Positions 12,455 to 25,754 of a DNA stretch of 64,000 nt are shown one piece after another. A program made the translations under genes and the position numbers. How positions within the stretch are numbered: the first letter of the stretch is position 1; every line of letters starts with the position of its first letter. The DNA is from Octopus vulgaris (lineage: Eukaryota): positions 1,364,001-1,428,000 of the forward strand of contig OX597827.1 of assembly GCA_951406725.2 (NCBI GenBank), given 5' to 3'. The notes beneath the pieces were generated by a model. That model was given only the letters and a program-made list of their open reading frames with translations, was not told where the DNA came from and did no database searches.

Positions 12455-12975
12455 TAGGTGCAGGGATGGCTGCGTGGTTAAGAAGCTTGTTTTCCCAGCC
12501 ACTTGGTAACGGGTTCAATCCCGCTGCGTGGAGTCGCAGGCAAACGTCTCTTACCATATCCATAGGCCGACCAAAAAGCCTTGTGAGTGGATGTTGTTGC
12601 TGGAAAATGATAGAAGTCTGTTGTGCATGCGCACACACAAACACACACAAACACACACTAACACATACAAGCACACACATAATCGTTTGTGTGTGCATGC
12701 GCTTATTTGTTTGTGTGTGTGTGTGTATGAGAGAGAGTTGGTATTTCCTTGTTTTGACGTGTCATGATTGTAAACGATTGCTACCATCATACAGACTGTA
12801 TCCTTCGTTTCCAATCTTAAGTGAAACCATATCCAGCTATTTGAAAATATTACCTCACTTGGAAGCAGGTGAAGGTTGGCGATGGGAAGAACATCCGGCT
12901 GGAGATAATCTGCCAAGTAAATTCCGTCCGATCCATGCAAGCAAGGACAACTGGACATTAAAAGGACTACGAAGA
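12455..12975 (+). mobile_element. SINE family A variant with an alternative 3' tail
   Basis: tRNA-like head (atggctgcgtggttaag...gggttcaatccc); tail also seen at ~26190-26358. Confidence 0.7.
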
Positions 12976-13079
12976 TGACCATTTATAATATTACTGTCTG
13001 CGTCGATTTTCCCTTGGTTCATTCTTCTTCATTGTTTTATTGTATTTTTGGCAAATTATTATTTTCCATAAGTATTAGA

Positions 13080-13290
13080 CAGCGAGTTGACAGAATCGTT
13101 TGCCGGACAAACTGTTTAGTGGCATTTCTTCCGGCTTCACATTCTGAGTTCAAATTTCGCCGAGATCGACTTTACCTTTCATCCTTTTAGATGTCGATAA
13201 AAAAGTACCAGTTAAACACTGGGGCCGGTGTAATCGACTTAAACTCTCTAATAAATTTCAGATCTTTCACCTATCGTAAAAATGACTATT
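13080..13290 (+). mobile_element. SINE family B
   Basis: ctgagttcaaatttcgccgagatcgactttacctttcatcc. Confidence 0.75.
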
Positions 13291-13308
13291 CTCCGTAAGT
13301 ATTCCATG

Positions 13309-13856
13309 TTTGTTCCTTCTCGCCTGGCTCATTAGGGCCGGTTTCCCGGTTTCCTTGGCGTATAGGTTCCCCACCTGGACGGGACGCCGGTCCGTCGCGG
13401 GTGAGCTGCAAGATGCAGGGTGAAAAGAGTGAGAGAAAGTTGTGGCGAAAGAGTCAGCAGAAGTTCGCCATTACCTTCTACAGGAGCCGCGTGGAACTTA
13501 AGTGTTTCGCTCATAAACACACACATCGCCCGGTCTGAGATTCAAACCCGCGATCCCTCGACCGCGAGTCCGCTGCTCTAACCACTAGGCCATGTGCCTC
13601 CACTATAAATGTTTCTTCTCGAGCCATGCCAGGCTCATAAGAGCCGGTTTCCCGGATTCAGTGGCGTAGAAGTTCCCCACCTGGACAGGACGCCGATCCG
13701 TCGCAGGAGACTCATTTTTGCCAGCTGAGTGGACTGGAACCACGTGAAGTGAAGTGTTTTGCTCAAGAAGATAACGCGTCGCCCGGTCCAGGAATCGAAA
13801 CCACAACCTAACGATCATGAGTTCAACTCCCTAACCACTAAGCCACGCGCCTCCAC
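13309..13856 (-). mobile_element. Heterodimeric tRNA-derived SINE pair flanked by one 14-bp TSD
   Basis: Two heads (gtggaggc...tggcytagtggttag starting at 13856 and 13603) and shared tails (...gtccaggtggggaa...ggaaaccggc). TSD gtaagtattccatg at 13295-13308 and 13857-13870. Confidence 0.85.
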
Positions 13857-14689
13857 GTAAGTATTCCATGCTGCTTCATTAGTTGATAAAACACACATTC
13901 ATCCATCCACCACACACACACACACAAAGCGAAGCAATGCAAAAGATAAGACAAAGCTCTAGTACGTAAGATTCTTTTTGTTGTTTCCGTCAGTGGACAG
14001 TGGGTAGTGGCCATACTGGAGTACTGCCTTAAAGTGATTGGTTTAGTCGAAGAAATCGATCCACTACTTGTTTTTTTTTTTTGTTTTTCAACTCTGGTTA
14101 CATTCAAACATCGTCACTTTCTTTCCAAATCCTGTTGCATTTCACATGGAACTTTTGGTCCTCCAAAGTCGTCTAGTGTATAAGTCGGCCTACCATTTTT
14201 GGCTGTAAATTTTTAGTCTAAAATATTCAACTTGCATGCCGGAAAATAAGGTAAATGCTGACCTTTACTCCTCTTGACAGAGCATTTACAGTTGGTGAAT
14301 TAATACGTCTAAATAAATGAGTCAAATCTCTTTACGAATTCTAAAGAATTCCTCTCAAGTTGGCTGTGGACACAGAATATTCTCTCATGCAATGATACAA
14401 TTGCTCTGAAAACCCGACTTGTGTGCCGAAAAATACGGTACAAGCTGAGCTTTACACCCTTAATATAGCATTTGTAATCTATGGATTACATCGAAATAAA
14501 CGCGTGAAATCTCTTGAGACATACAAATGAAATTTTCTCTGATTGGTTGTGGGTACTGAACAGCAATGGTACAGCCACTTTTTAAAGAAAATCATACAAA
14601 TAGTTAAAAAATATGTTTATACTATTCTTGATTTATTAAATTAATTCTGATTAAAATAAATCTTTCGGATTAATAAATTAAATTTAGTA

Positions 14690-14852
14690 TAGGCACAACT
14701 CTGTGTTGAAGAAGCCAGCTTTGCAACCACTTGCTTTCGGGTTCAGTCCCACTGCACAGCACCTTGCGAAAGCTAGTGTCTTCTACGATAATCATGGGCC
14801 GATTAATGCGTTGTGAGTGAAATTAGCTGACGAAAACTGCGTGGAAGCCCTT

Positions 14853-14930
<78 letters not shown>

Positions 14931-15130
14931 TACACGTGTGTGTGTATGTATGTATGTACCATTTTCTCGCCAGGTCAAACTTTGCCTTTTATCTCTCCGA
15001 GGTTGATATAATGAAATGCCAGTCAAGTTTCGGGTGGTGGTGGTGGTGGTGGTGGTGGAGGGGAGATTGAAGGATCAGTGGTATTAACCGATTCCCCCTC
15101 CCCTCAAAATAACTGCTCTTGTGCTGCCTT
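14690..15130 (+). mobile_element. Degenerate SINE (family A head, B-like tail)
   Basis: gggttcagtcccactgcacagcacctt..., then ttgccttttatc... Confidence 0.6.
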
Positions 15131-15239
15131 TATCAGAAACCGTTATTCTAGCGCAGTGATAATGAATGCATCTGAGTAGTCTAATGAAACTGTGAAACAG
15201 AAAACAGATATGGAATTTCGATCGAATTTAATGAACTAA

Positions 15240-15287
<48 letters not shown>

Positions 15288-15299
15288 AACTACTACTGC

Positions 15300-15646
15300 T
15301 TTGCCTTCATCTCTCCATCCAACATGTCAGTGCTATAGTAGGTTCAGAAATTATCAGTGTTGATTAATATCTTGCTAACCCTGACCTCCATGTCTCCGAT
15401 CTCTTCAAGTGCTCACTCTAGTTATCTAGGAACATTAACACTGGTACCATAGTGACGTAATACTATTTGGTTTTGTTGAATACAGGCTGCTTTGTCTTCC
15501 GTACCTTCTCGAAGTCAACTGAAGGTATTCCTTACATCGCGATTCCGCTGCTTATTTACCATCCAGGTTCCCTTTCAGAACGATTCCAAATCGTCCTGGA
15601 ATAGAGCCTTTACAATCTTGACTATATGTCCATTCCTACAGCGATA

Positions 15647-15709
<63 letters not shown>

Positions 15710-16130
15710 TTTGTGAGTTTAAAAGCAAACTTACAGTTAATAGTGCTACGCTCCTGTAATTTTCTACAATGACAAAGCTTTTGACTTACGCTTGTGGTTC
15801 GTGTTTAATGACTATTAACTTCCCGTTGATTGTAAATATTCTGTCAAAAAGTCCTACCGATGGCTTGTGAAGTCATTATTCACTTCACATCTAATGGCAG
15901 TTCTAGTATCCAGTTGTCCGATGTTTCCGTTGTCTATTAATGGTTTTTGGAGAAAGGTCATCCATTCTGGTTGTGAATGTCATTTCGATCAATCTTTATT
16001 ACTTCTGTCAGAAGGAGAATGGTAACTCCAACACAATACTGTGAGGTATTCAATGTCCACAAAGCTGGAAGCTTCAATTAGAACTCGGTGTTCTTTAGTT
16101 ACTTGATCGATCACGGATAACATCTAATCA
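15300..16130 (-). mobile_element. Highly decayed LINE RT fragment (RTE-like)
   Basis: Minus-strand remnants ENYRSVALL (~15740-15770) and VDFEKV (~15500-15520); interrupted by (TA)n. Confidence 0.45.
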
Positions 16131-16424
16131 GTAGGTTATCTATCGACTCGTATGTGTGGGTGTGTGTCACAGTCATTCATTTATTTAGTTAACTAATGTT
16201 AATAGTTGTCGTATTTAATGGCATAGAAGACTAACGGGCATATTAGCGCACCTGAATTTCAGTCGCCCATATTCGAAGGGGGAAAATGGTTTGGGTTCAT
16301 TAAAGCTTATATATATATATAAAGCAGTCTATCAATATATTACAAAATTATACAAAAGCACGTTTTTGTCTTTTTTTTTTAGGAAACTCTGCTGTATGAT
16401 GAGGTTTAAGTATTATAATTATCG

Positions 16425-17240
16425 TTAGCAGACCGGGGGCAAAATGTTTAGCAGTATTTTGCCCGTCGCTACATTCTGAGTTCAAATTCCGCCGAGGTCG
16501 ACTTTGCCTTTCATCCTTTCGGGGGCGATAAATTAGGTACCAGTGAAACACTGTAATCGATTAGTCCCTTCCCGCCAAATTTCAGGCCATGTGCCTTTAG
16601 CAGAAAGGATTGGTAGAACCGTTTGCACGCCGGGGACAAAATACTTAGCGGTATTTCGTCTACCGTTACGTTGTGAGTTCAAATTCCGCCGAGGTCGACT
16701 TTGCCTTTCATCCTTTCGGGCTCGATTAAATAAGTACCAGTTACGCACTGGGGTCGATATAATCCACTTAATCCGTTTGTCTGTCCTTGTTTGTCCCCTC
16801 TGTGTTTAGCCCCTTGTGGGTAATAAAGAAATAGGTATTTCGTCTGCCGCTACGTTCTGAGTTCAAATTCCGCCGAGGTCGACTTTGCCTTTCATAATTT
16901 CGAGGTCGATAAATTAAGTACCGGTCAAGTACTGGGGTCGATGTGATCGACTTACCCCGTCCCCACAAATTTCAGGCCTTGCGCCAATAGTAGAAAGGAT
17001 TATTATGGAGTAAGGCGGCGAGCTGGTAGACTCGTTTGCCCACCTTAGCAGCATTTTGTCACGTCTTTACGGTCTGAGTTCAAATCCGACGGTGGTTGAC
17101 TTTTCCTTTCATGCTTTCAGGGTCAATAAAATAAAGTACTAGTCAAGTACTTTATTTTACTGTACTGGGGATAGATGTTATCAACTAACTTCTCCCCGCC
17201 AAAATTTCAGGCTTTGTAACTGTATTAGAAACCATTATTC
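16425..17240 (+). mobile_element. Cluster of SINE family B units, including an internally repeated form
   Basis: gagttcaaattccgccgaggtcgactttgcc at ~16478, 16675 and 16858, plus a degenerate copy at ~17076. Confidence 0.9.
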
Positions 17241-17394
17241 TGCAGTGATTAGGGTCATCTTAAGGTGTTATAAACCCACGGAAAAAGCAATGCATTGGGT
17301 CCAGTAGTATTAATCTATTGCCGGAAATTCATAGCTTACATAAAATTTCATTGGCTCCTAAACTCGAAGAGATCCTTAAATACACTATCTACAT

Positions 17395-17560
17395 TTATGT
17401 CACAGTATACATAGGTCAGAATTGGGCCCCTATTATTGGGCCCCTTCATGTATGTCATAGTATACAGAGATTAACATTAAGCTCTTAAACACGTCGAGTT
17501 CGCTATATTTATAACCTATATGTATGTCACAGTATAGATACGTCGGCATTGGCCCCTCGA
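17395..17560. repeat. Degenerate minisatellite
   Basis: tatgtcacagtata-like motif recurs three times at ~55-70-bp spacing. Confidence 0.6.
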
Positions 17561-17829
17561 TCCATGGGGCTCTCGTATAGCTGCCCAGTGGGTCCTCGTC
17601 TTAGGACACTTCTGGTTGTAATCAACCTGTGAACTGTAAAATTTAAGGGTGATCCATGGGTTGGGTCTGCTAAGACATTTTACCCTGTTGTCCCAGATGC
17701 ATATGCGAAACGGGATGGTCACGGTGGGATATCTTTAGGTCAACTCGATCAGGGGCAACATAGAGCTAAGTAACAACGACAACTAAAGCTGTAAATACAA
17801 CTTTCGCGGTTACAATTGCGAGCCAACGA

Positions 17830-18020
17830 GGATGATCCTTCATAGTTAGTCAACTTGCTAGAAATAACAGCCAAGTACCCATTCAATCACACCTACTGCC
17901 CATTTATATCTTCTTAAGAGAGAGGACCATAGGAAATGTAACTTGAGTGTTGGTCATGGTTGAAATGCTTTTGAGCATAGATTGGTTTAATCACAGCTGA
18001 TCGGGGAGCTGTGTAACAAC
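17830..18020 (+). mobile_element. Short interspersed repeat (ttgctagaaatarcagccaa family)
   Basis: Related segments at ~20455-20570, 20985-21140, 22320-22380, 44730-44760 and 63385-63430. Confidence 0.55.
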
Positions 18021-18255
18021 GGCAATGATGAGGACGATAACAACAAAGGCCACAGTGGTGATGAGGATGGAGACGACAATGACGATGATGATGATGGTAA
18101 CAATAACAGCGACAACAACAATGATAACAGCAATGACGATGATAACGATGACAACGACGATAACAGCAATGATGACGATAACAACGATGACAACGACGAC
18201 GACAACAACAACAACGATAACAGCATTGACAACGATAATAACAATGACGACGATG

Positions 18256-18286
<31 letters not shown>

Positions 18287-18287
18287 G
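18020..18287. repeat. Degenerate (ACA/ACG/ATG)n trinucleotide array
   Basis: Seen directly. Confidence 0.9.
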
Positions 18288-18804
18288 AGTGACCGTTTGT
18301 GGCTTTGCAGCAGAGTGTCAGAGAATTCATTGTGTTTGCAAGACCTTTTATGGCGAACTGGAGAAATCAATAGATTTCACAGCAACGTAGCTTTCGTGCC
18401 ATCATAAATTAAACCTATTTGTTCTTGCAGAATGTCTGTGAGAATTATTGAGACATCTCGTAGAATTTCAAGCCATTCCGAAGTGAAACAATTGCTTATG
18501 ACGGCATCAATATATATTGCAGAGCTGGTCTCGTTAGGAATTAGCGGAATTGGTTTATGCCGCCTCTTTTAATCATTTCTCTTTAAATGGTCCGTTCACA
18601 TGTCATTCTTATCACGGTCCTTTAGACTTGGCTACTGGGCAAGAAAGTCGCGCATATATAAACGCATATATATATATACATACACATGCATACACAGGCA
18701 TACGGTATTTAGAAGCACACACATACACACACATTCATGCACATACAACCAACACGCGATATTTAGATAGATACATACTCACATATACAAAGTATTTAAA
18801 CTTA

Positions 18805-18926
18805 TACATACATACATACGTACATACATACATGCATACATACATACATACATACATACATACATACATACATACATACATACATACATACATACATACA
18901 TACATACATACATACATACATACATA
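18805..18926. repeat. (TACA)n microsatellite
   Basis: Seen directly. Confidence 0.95.
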
Positions 18927-20726
18927 CTCACGATATCCTGACACAAACATACATACATACACACACACGATATTTTGACACGTTCTTACACATACTCATA
19001 CGTTATATAGACCTATACAAACAAGATATTCAGGTACATATATACACACATGCCTTAATTACACACCTGCATGCACATACCACATTTTGGCACAAACACA
19101 CATACATACACGGTATTTGTAACACATACATACGCAATACTTAGAAACATGCATACAATATACACAAGATATATACACATGATATTTAGACATATACTCA
19201 TAATGTATTTAGATGCATACATGCACGTACCATATTTTGACAACATATACTTAAACGCGTATTAATATTAATATGTACATACAGACGATACTTAGACACG
19301 TACACACAAGACATTTATATACACACATGAGTTAAGAACGTATAGACACAATGCTATGACTCACATATACACTCAAAAGCACGATATTTGGGAACATACA
19401 TGCATACACATATATATATATATACACTATATTTAAACATACATCCCCTCACGTAGTTGACTGAAAAATATGCACACACACTTCTACATATACTCACGCA
19501 TACATGGCCACACGTATATATTACGTACGCACACCCACACACCCACATACACGCAACAAATAAATTCACACATTCACGAACACACATTCGCTTTTACAGA
19601 CACATTGATATACACACGTTTACACAGGCACATACATTCATACACATACACATACACACTTAAACACACTCTCACGTAAAGAAATACACACGCGCGCCCG
19701 CACGCACTTGCAAAGCGAAGAGAGAAATTAAAAGGAACAGAAAGTGTGAAGCAAGAAAAAAAAAGGGGAGGAGAAAGAAATATAGAGAGAGCAGTGAGGG
19801 AAATGGGAATAGAAAGAGGAGTGAACGAAGGGGAGGAAAGAGAAAATGGTAAGAGAATAAGATTTGGAGAGAGCAAAGTGATAGAGACATAAATGTGTGT
19901 GTATGAGCGAGAGGGAGAGAGAAGAGGGAAAGGGGATTGGTGAGAGGAAGTTGAAATGTAAAAGGGAAGAGAGAGAGAGAGAGAGAGTCATTGAGAAATG
20001 AGGGGAGAGAAAGAGCAGTAGAGAGAGTTAATGTTATAGAAAGAGAGAAGTAGGGAGAGCTAATATTATAGGAAGAGGTAGAGAGAGAGTCAGTGTGATA
20101 GGGAGGAGAGAAAGAGAGGTAGAGTGAATCTTGATAGGAAGAGAGAGCAAATGATGGAGAGAGAGAGAGAGAGAGAGTCGAATGTGATAGGCAGAGTCAG
20201 TGTGATAGGGAGGAGAGAAAGAGAGAGGTAGAGAGAGTCTCTAGGATAAAGAAGAAAGAGAGACAGGCAGAGAGGAAAAGACAAGAGGGACGGTGAGAGA
20301 CAAGGCTAAAATGGAAGAATACAAAAGCTGTAAATGAAATCCCAGAACCCAGAAACTATTGCAGTATTGGCAACAGGAATTGAACCAGCGATGTCTCAGC
20401 CAGATGAGATTACCTTCAAATACCTGGATACTGTTGTGTATTTTCTTGCTATAATGGTTTAAGCCCCAGGTCAGCCTTGATTTGACCAATCTATGATGAA
20501 AAGACATCCGACCATGTAGTTCCCTTTTTAAAGATTGTTTGAGGTTTGGCTATTATTTCTAACAAATCCAGAGTTCCCATTGCAGTATAAATAGTGGTGA
20601 TAGTGGTGGTGTAGTGGGGTCGGTGATGGTGATGAGTGCATCAGAGTGAGAGAGAGAGGGGGAGAGAGAGAGAAAGAAAGAGAGAAAGTGAGAGAGAAAG
20701 AGAGTGTGTGAATATGTGTGAGTGAA

Positions 20727-20760
<34 letters not shown>

Positions 20761-21371
20761 TGTGTGATGTTGTTTAGCCTAGTTCAGCCTTGGTCATATT
20801 CATGTTCTTGAAGATAGTTGTGTGTGTGTGTGTGTCTGTGTGTTTGCATGTGTGTGTTACATTCATATGTGCGTGTGTGCACGTATGTGTGTGTGGACAT
20901 ATGTATGTGTATGAATTTGTATGTGTGTGAGTGTGAATTTGTGATTGTGTGTGAGAGTGTTTGTGTGTGAATGTGTTAAGCCGATGCCAGCCTTGAACAA
21001 GCAGACTTATGATCAAAGGTATTCCATCCATGACCAACAGTCTTAAAATCAAAATAAGGACACATTGTTTTACATAGTCCCAGATATAATAAAAACATTT
21101 GATGGTCAGTTTTGGAATGTCTTTGATCATAGGTATGCCAGCACATAGCTAGAGTGTGTGCTTCCCAGGACAACCCCTAAGTCAGTACTCTCTTTCCACC
21201 ACCAGTATGGTATTAGCCTTTACTGTCCAACCCATGCCAGCATGGAAAGTGGATGTTAAATGATGATGATGAGGAGGATGAGCAGCATTTCTCAACTGTG
21301 GTTGCCAGGAACCCTAGGGTTCTGCAAAAGGTTCCTAGAGGCTCTGCAAGAAAGAGTGAGATAACCTAATG

Positions 21372-21790
21372 CTAATTAGATTGGAGGAGATGCTTGAGTT
21401 TGTCCAAAAGCTTCATAGTGTGGCCTTTCCTCTTGTTGTTGATGGATTGGGATAAAAATTGGTCCTTTCTCATCTTATATGAGGAATACTGAATGTCTTC
21501 ATGCCCTACATGCATGATAAGAAGCTCAGACACTTCCATGTCCCTGGTGATGGACCCGATTGACTTAGAGGGATCGTTGTCAATCATGGCCTGGATCTCA
21601 ACAATAAATGCAAGAGTTCTTTTCTTATCAGAATGGTCAGAGTGAGCTTTCCAAACTGCAATACCATCATAATCACCATTAGACTCATCCAACACTTACC
21701 GCATTCTCTGTACTGTCAGGATGGTATAAAGCAATGTAATCTTCTCTTCAAGGAAGTGAAGAAACGAAACTCGTCAATAAGACATTTTAA
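21372..21790 (-). pseudogene. Tc1/mariner-superfamily (DD37D/maT-like) transposase relic, HTH region
   Basis: KKRTLAFIVEIQAMIDNDPSKSIGSITRDMEVSELLIMHVGHEDIQYSSYKMRKDQFLS...KLLDKLKH. Confidence 0.75.
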
Positions 21791-21933
21791 CAGCAAATGT
21801 TGGATATGTATCGTGATTTACTCAACGCTATTAATATTGTTTGATTTTTTGCTACCCTGGTAACTATTTATCTATCTTTTCCGTGTTTATTGTTAACAAG
21901 GGAAAAATACACTCATCTATTTTTATATGTATA

Positions 21934-22021
<88 letters not shown>

Positions 22022-22034
22022 CATATATATATAT

Positions 22035-22270
22035 ATTTGTGTGTGTGTGTTTGTGCTTTTGCGCTTGTGTTGTATTTGTCCCTCAACACCACTTGACAAC
22101 TGGTGTTGGTTTGTTTACATCCATGTAACTTAGCATTTTGTCAAAAGATCCCCCTAGAATAAGTACCAGATTTAAAAACAAATACTTGAGTTGATCTGTT
22201 CAACTAAAACTCTTTCAAGGGAGTGCCCCAGCATGGCCACAGTCCAACGACTGAAACAGGGAAAAGAGTG
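22035..22270 (+). mobile_element. SINE family A 3' half
   Basis: cttgacaactggtgttggtttgtttac...ccagcatggccacagtc...gactgaaac. Confidence 0.75.
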
Positions 22271-22717
22271 GAAAATGAAAAGAAAAAATGTCTGAAACAA
22301 CATTGTTTGATGTGTCCTTGTAGTTTCTAAGACAGTTTGGGTGTGGTATGAGAAGACTTGGCTGCTATTTCTAAGGAGCCCTTCCATTGGTTTGTAGTGT
22401 CATTTAAGTATTTGGCATTTAGCCTCTACTGTTTACTAATTAGCTTGTGTGTAACAGAGTGTCGTAAAGCACTCATGTGCGAAGGGTTGGATACAAGACT
22501 TTGCAAGGGACTTCAAACACAGCTTTGTGTGTGTGTGTGTGTGTGTGTGTTGCGTTCTGTGGTCATATTAACTAAGGTGCCTCCCTCATAGTCTTGTCTA
22601 CTGGTGCAGTGTACTAATAAGGATGGTAGTGCTGGTGCTGGTGGGGAAGCAGTCAGTGTGGTGGTAGGGAAGACAAAGGGGAAGAGGGAGGAGGAGGAAG
22701 ACAAAGGAGGTGGAGCA

Positions 22718-22852
22718 GAAGAAGAAGAAGAAGAAGACTGGAGAAGAAGAAGAAGAAGAAGAAGAAGAAGAAGAAGAAGAAGAAGAAGAAGAAGAAGAAG
22801 AAGAAGAAGAAGAAGAAGAAGAAGAAGAAGAAGAAGAAGAAGAAGAAGAAGA
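22718..22852. repeat. (GAA)n microsatellite
   Basis: Seen directly. Confidence 0.95.
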
Positions 22853-23257
22853 AGGAATGATGACAATGATGATGATGTAGAGAAGGAGAAGAAGGAAGAG
22901 GGAGGAGGAGGAGGAGCATGGATATTATGACGAAGAAATTAAGATGATGATGCTGGGGATGATGATGATGATGATGATGAAGAGGGGGAGGAGAGGAGGA
23001 AGAGGATGCACATTGTGATGAAGAAATTAAGAGAGAGGTGATGATACTGACGATGATGATGATGATGATTATAATGATGATGACCAAGAAATTAAGAAGA
23101 AGCTGGTGGTTGTGGAAGTGGAAGTGGAGGTGATGATGATGATGATGATGACGATGATGATGATGATGATGATGATGATGACGATGATGATGATGATGAC
23201 GATGAATAAGCGAGTTCAAAGGATTCACTAAATATTCAGGATGTTTGCTAATAACAC

Positions 23258-23302
<45 letters not shown>

Positions 23303-23727
23303 TGATGATGATGATGATGATGATAATAACAATTTCAAGAGTAGTAGTGGTAGTAGTTATTGAGATTCAGGCAATAAAGTCTTGGAGAACCAACATGTCA
23401 AGATTGGTAACCATGCATTTCAAAGCGAGTGGGTGGGGGGGAAGATTTATACGTTAGTGTGTGTGTGTGTGTGTGTATTAGAATGCGTATGCATATTATT
23501 TGGTATACATATGTATGTATGTGTGTGCATGTACATATGTTTGTGTGTATATTAGAGTGTGTGTATATATATATATATATATACGTCTGTGCATGTGCAT
23601 GTGAGTGATGGCATATGTACTTCTGTGTGTGCGTGTGTGTGTGTGTGCACTTTTCTAATTGTAAATTTCTGTGAGTGTATCCATGTGGCTATGTGTGTGA
23701 GAATGTGTGCACTTATTAATGCACCAA

Positions 23728-23762
<35 letters not shown>

Positions 23763-24197
23763 TTGTCGCTTTGTGCGTTTGTGAGAGATTTTCTATGTGG
23801 AGGTGTTTGCACAATTGTGTGTGAATGGTGTATATGCAACTCTGCCATTATGTGCATGTGTGTAAGATTTTATAGTTGTGGTCATTTAGTGTTTAGTATG
23901 TGTAAGACTGTATATATATATATATATATATCTGAGTTTGCATGTATGTATTTGTATGTGTATGTGTTTGCATGTGTATGAGAGAGTAATTGAGTGTCTC
24001 CATAGGGATGTGTTCATGAGATTGTATGTGTGTGTGTGATTATGTGCAACTGTGTATGTGTAAGTGTGCATGATGGTATTAATGTGGTCCTTTAGTGTTT
24101 AGTATGCGTTTGTAAGACAGCTATGTATATCTGTATGTGTATGCATGTATGCATTTGTGAATGCACATTAAATACAATGTCATGCCCTTCTATCACG

Positions 24198-24478
24198 CAT
24201 CCCTGACACTAATCCCATCCTCATCTTCCCCTTCAACTCCTCCTTCTTCAGCCTTTTGACCTTTTCCAATTCCTTTTCACTATGGACTCCAAGTCCCGCT
24301 AAACTATTATCCCCCACGCTGATGGTCACTTGGAGCTAAAATATTTTCTTGACCATCATACCATGTTTTATTCCATGACCACCACCACCACCTCCACCAC
24401 CAAACTTACACTATGCATCCTGTCCCTCGCTGAATGCTTCCTTGCCCTCAAGTGCTTCTTCTTTTCCAGGACATTTTA
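24198..24478 (+). pseudogene. Penelope-like element reverse transcriptase relic
   Basis: FLFTMDSKSR*TIIPHADGHLELKYFLD...ILSLAECFLALKCFFF resembles the PLE RT motif FTMDVxSLYTxIPHxxGLxALxxFLD...LLRLAELVLTLNxFxF. Confidence 0.75.
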
Positions 24479-24960
24479 GCAGCAGGCCAATGGGCAGGTC
24501 ATTGGAGATTCATTTAAGCATTGAATAGAATAAATTGTGATATTTGTTCAAGCCTCAATGTTGTAAGTTCAAACCTACCAAGATCCATTTTGCCTTTTAA
24601 CTTTTCAAGCTCCTCATCATTGTGATTATCATCATCATCATCATCATCATTGTTGTTGTCGTCATTTTAGCATCCATTTTTCCATGCTTGCTCTGGGTTG
24701 GACAGAATTTATCAAAGTAGATTTTTAGATTCTCAACAGCTGGGCACCTTTCCTATTGCCAGCAATTACCTGCTTTGAAGCAAAATAATATTTCCCCAAG
24801 TTGTTCATAGACTATTGGAAATGAATGGCATTCATTTACAACAATCATACACTCTCTCTCTCTCTCACTCACACACACACAGACACACACATCTAGTCAT
24901 ACATATAAATACAAACATACATACATATCCATATATATATATACATATATATATATATAT

Positions 24961-25083
24961 TATTCTAAAACAAGAATATTTATTGACAGTGGCTCTGAAG
25001 TTTTGGCCAGTTAGACAGTCCAACGATGGCCTAATTCGCCAAAACTTCGAAGTCACTGTCAATAATATTCATGTTTAAGAATA
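24961..25083. repeat. Fold-back element with hammerhead-like relic
   Basis: Inverted arms; same family as 37627-37759; palindrome ACTTCGAAGT at 25044-25053. Confidence 0.8.
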
Positions 25084-25194
25084 TTAAATTTTTTGTACTC
25101 CTCAAAAATATAGAGTAACCCATTAGATTAATGGAAAACTGTTTTTATTATAACTGAACATTAAAACAAATATATACATACTTTCATATTTGTT

Positions 25195-25582
25195 TTTTTA
25201 CTTGTTTCAGCCATTTGACTGTGGCCATGCTGGAGCACCGCCTTTAGTCGAGCAAATCGACCCCAGGACTTATTCTTTGTAAGCCTAGTACTTACTCTAT
25301 TGGTCTCTTTTGCCGAACCGCTAAGTTACGGGGACGCAAGCACACCAGCATCGGTTGTCAAGCGATGTTGGGGGGACAAACACAGACACACAAACATACA
25401 CACATACATATGTATATATACATATATACGACGGGCTTCTTTCAGTTTCCGTCTACCAAATCTACTCACAAGGCTTTGGGTTATAGTAGAAGACACTTGC
25501 CCAAGATGCCACGCAGTGGGACTGAACCCGAAACCATGTGGTTGGTAAGCAAGCTACTTACCACACAGCCACTCCTGCGCCT
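25195..25582 (-). mobile_element. SINE family A, near full length
   Basis: Head ggcgcaggagtggctgtgtggtaag through tail gactgaaacaagta-like. Confidence 0.9.
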
Positions 25583-25754
25583 ATATATATATATTCTTTT
25601 ATTCTTTTATTTCTTTCAGTCATTTGACCGTGGCCATGCTGTATACTGTATACTGGAAAGACCGATTGAAGATCACATGACTGCTACATGTCTAATTATA
25701 TATGTCTAATTAAAGAGCACCGGGGCACTTTGACCCATAGTTTATCATTTCAAT

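Noticed and set aside
13530-13856. tRNA genes at SINE heads
   Set aside because: A and B boxes are present, but they run into SINE bodies and no complete cloverleaf is evident.
14170-14442. Pogo/mariner-like termini (...aaaatacggta), also near 60440
   Set aside because: Only single ends are visible, with no matching partner TIR.
16425-17240. CRISPR-like recurring ~30-bp motif
   Set aside because: The intervening sequences are homologous SINE bodies, not unique spacers; the context is eukaryotic with no cas genes.
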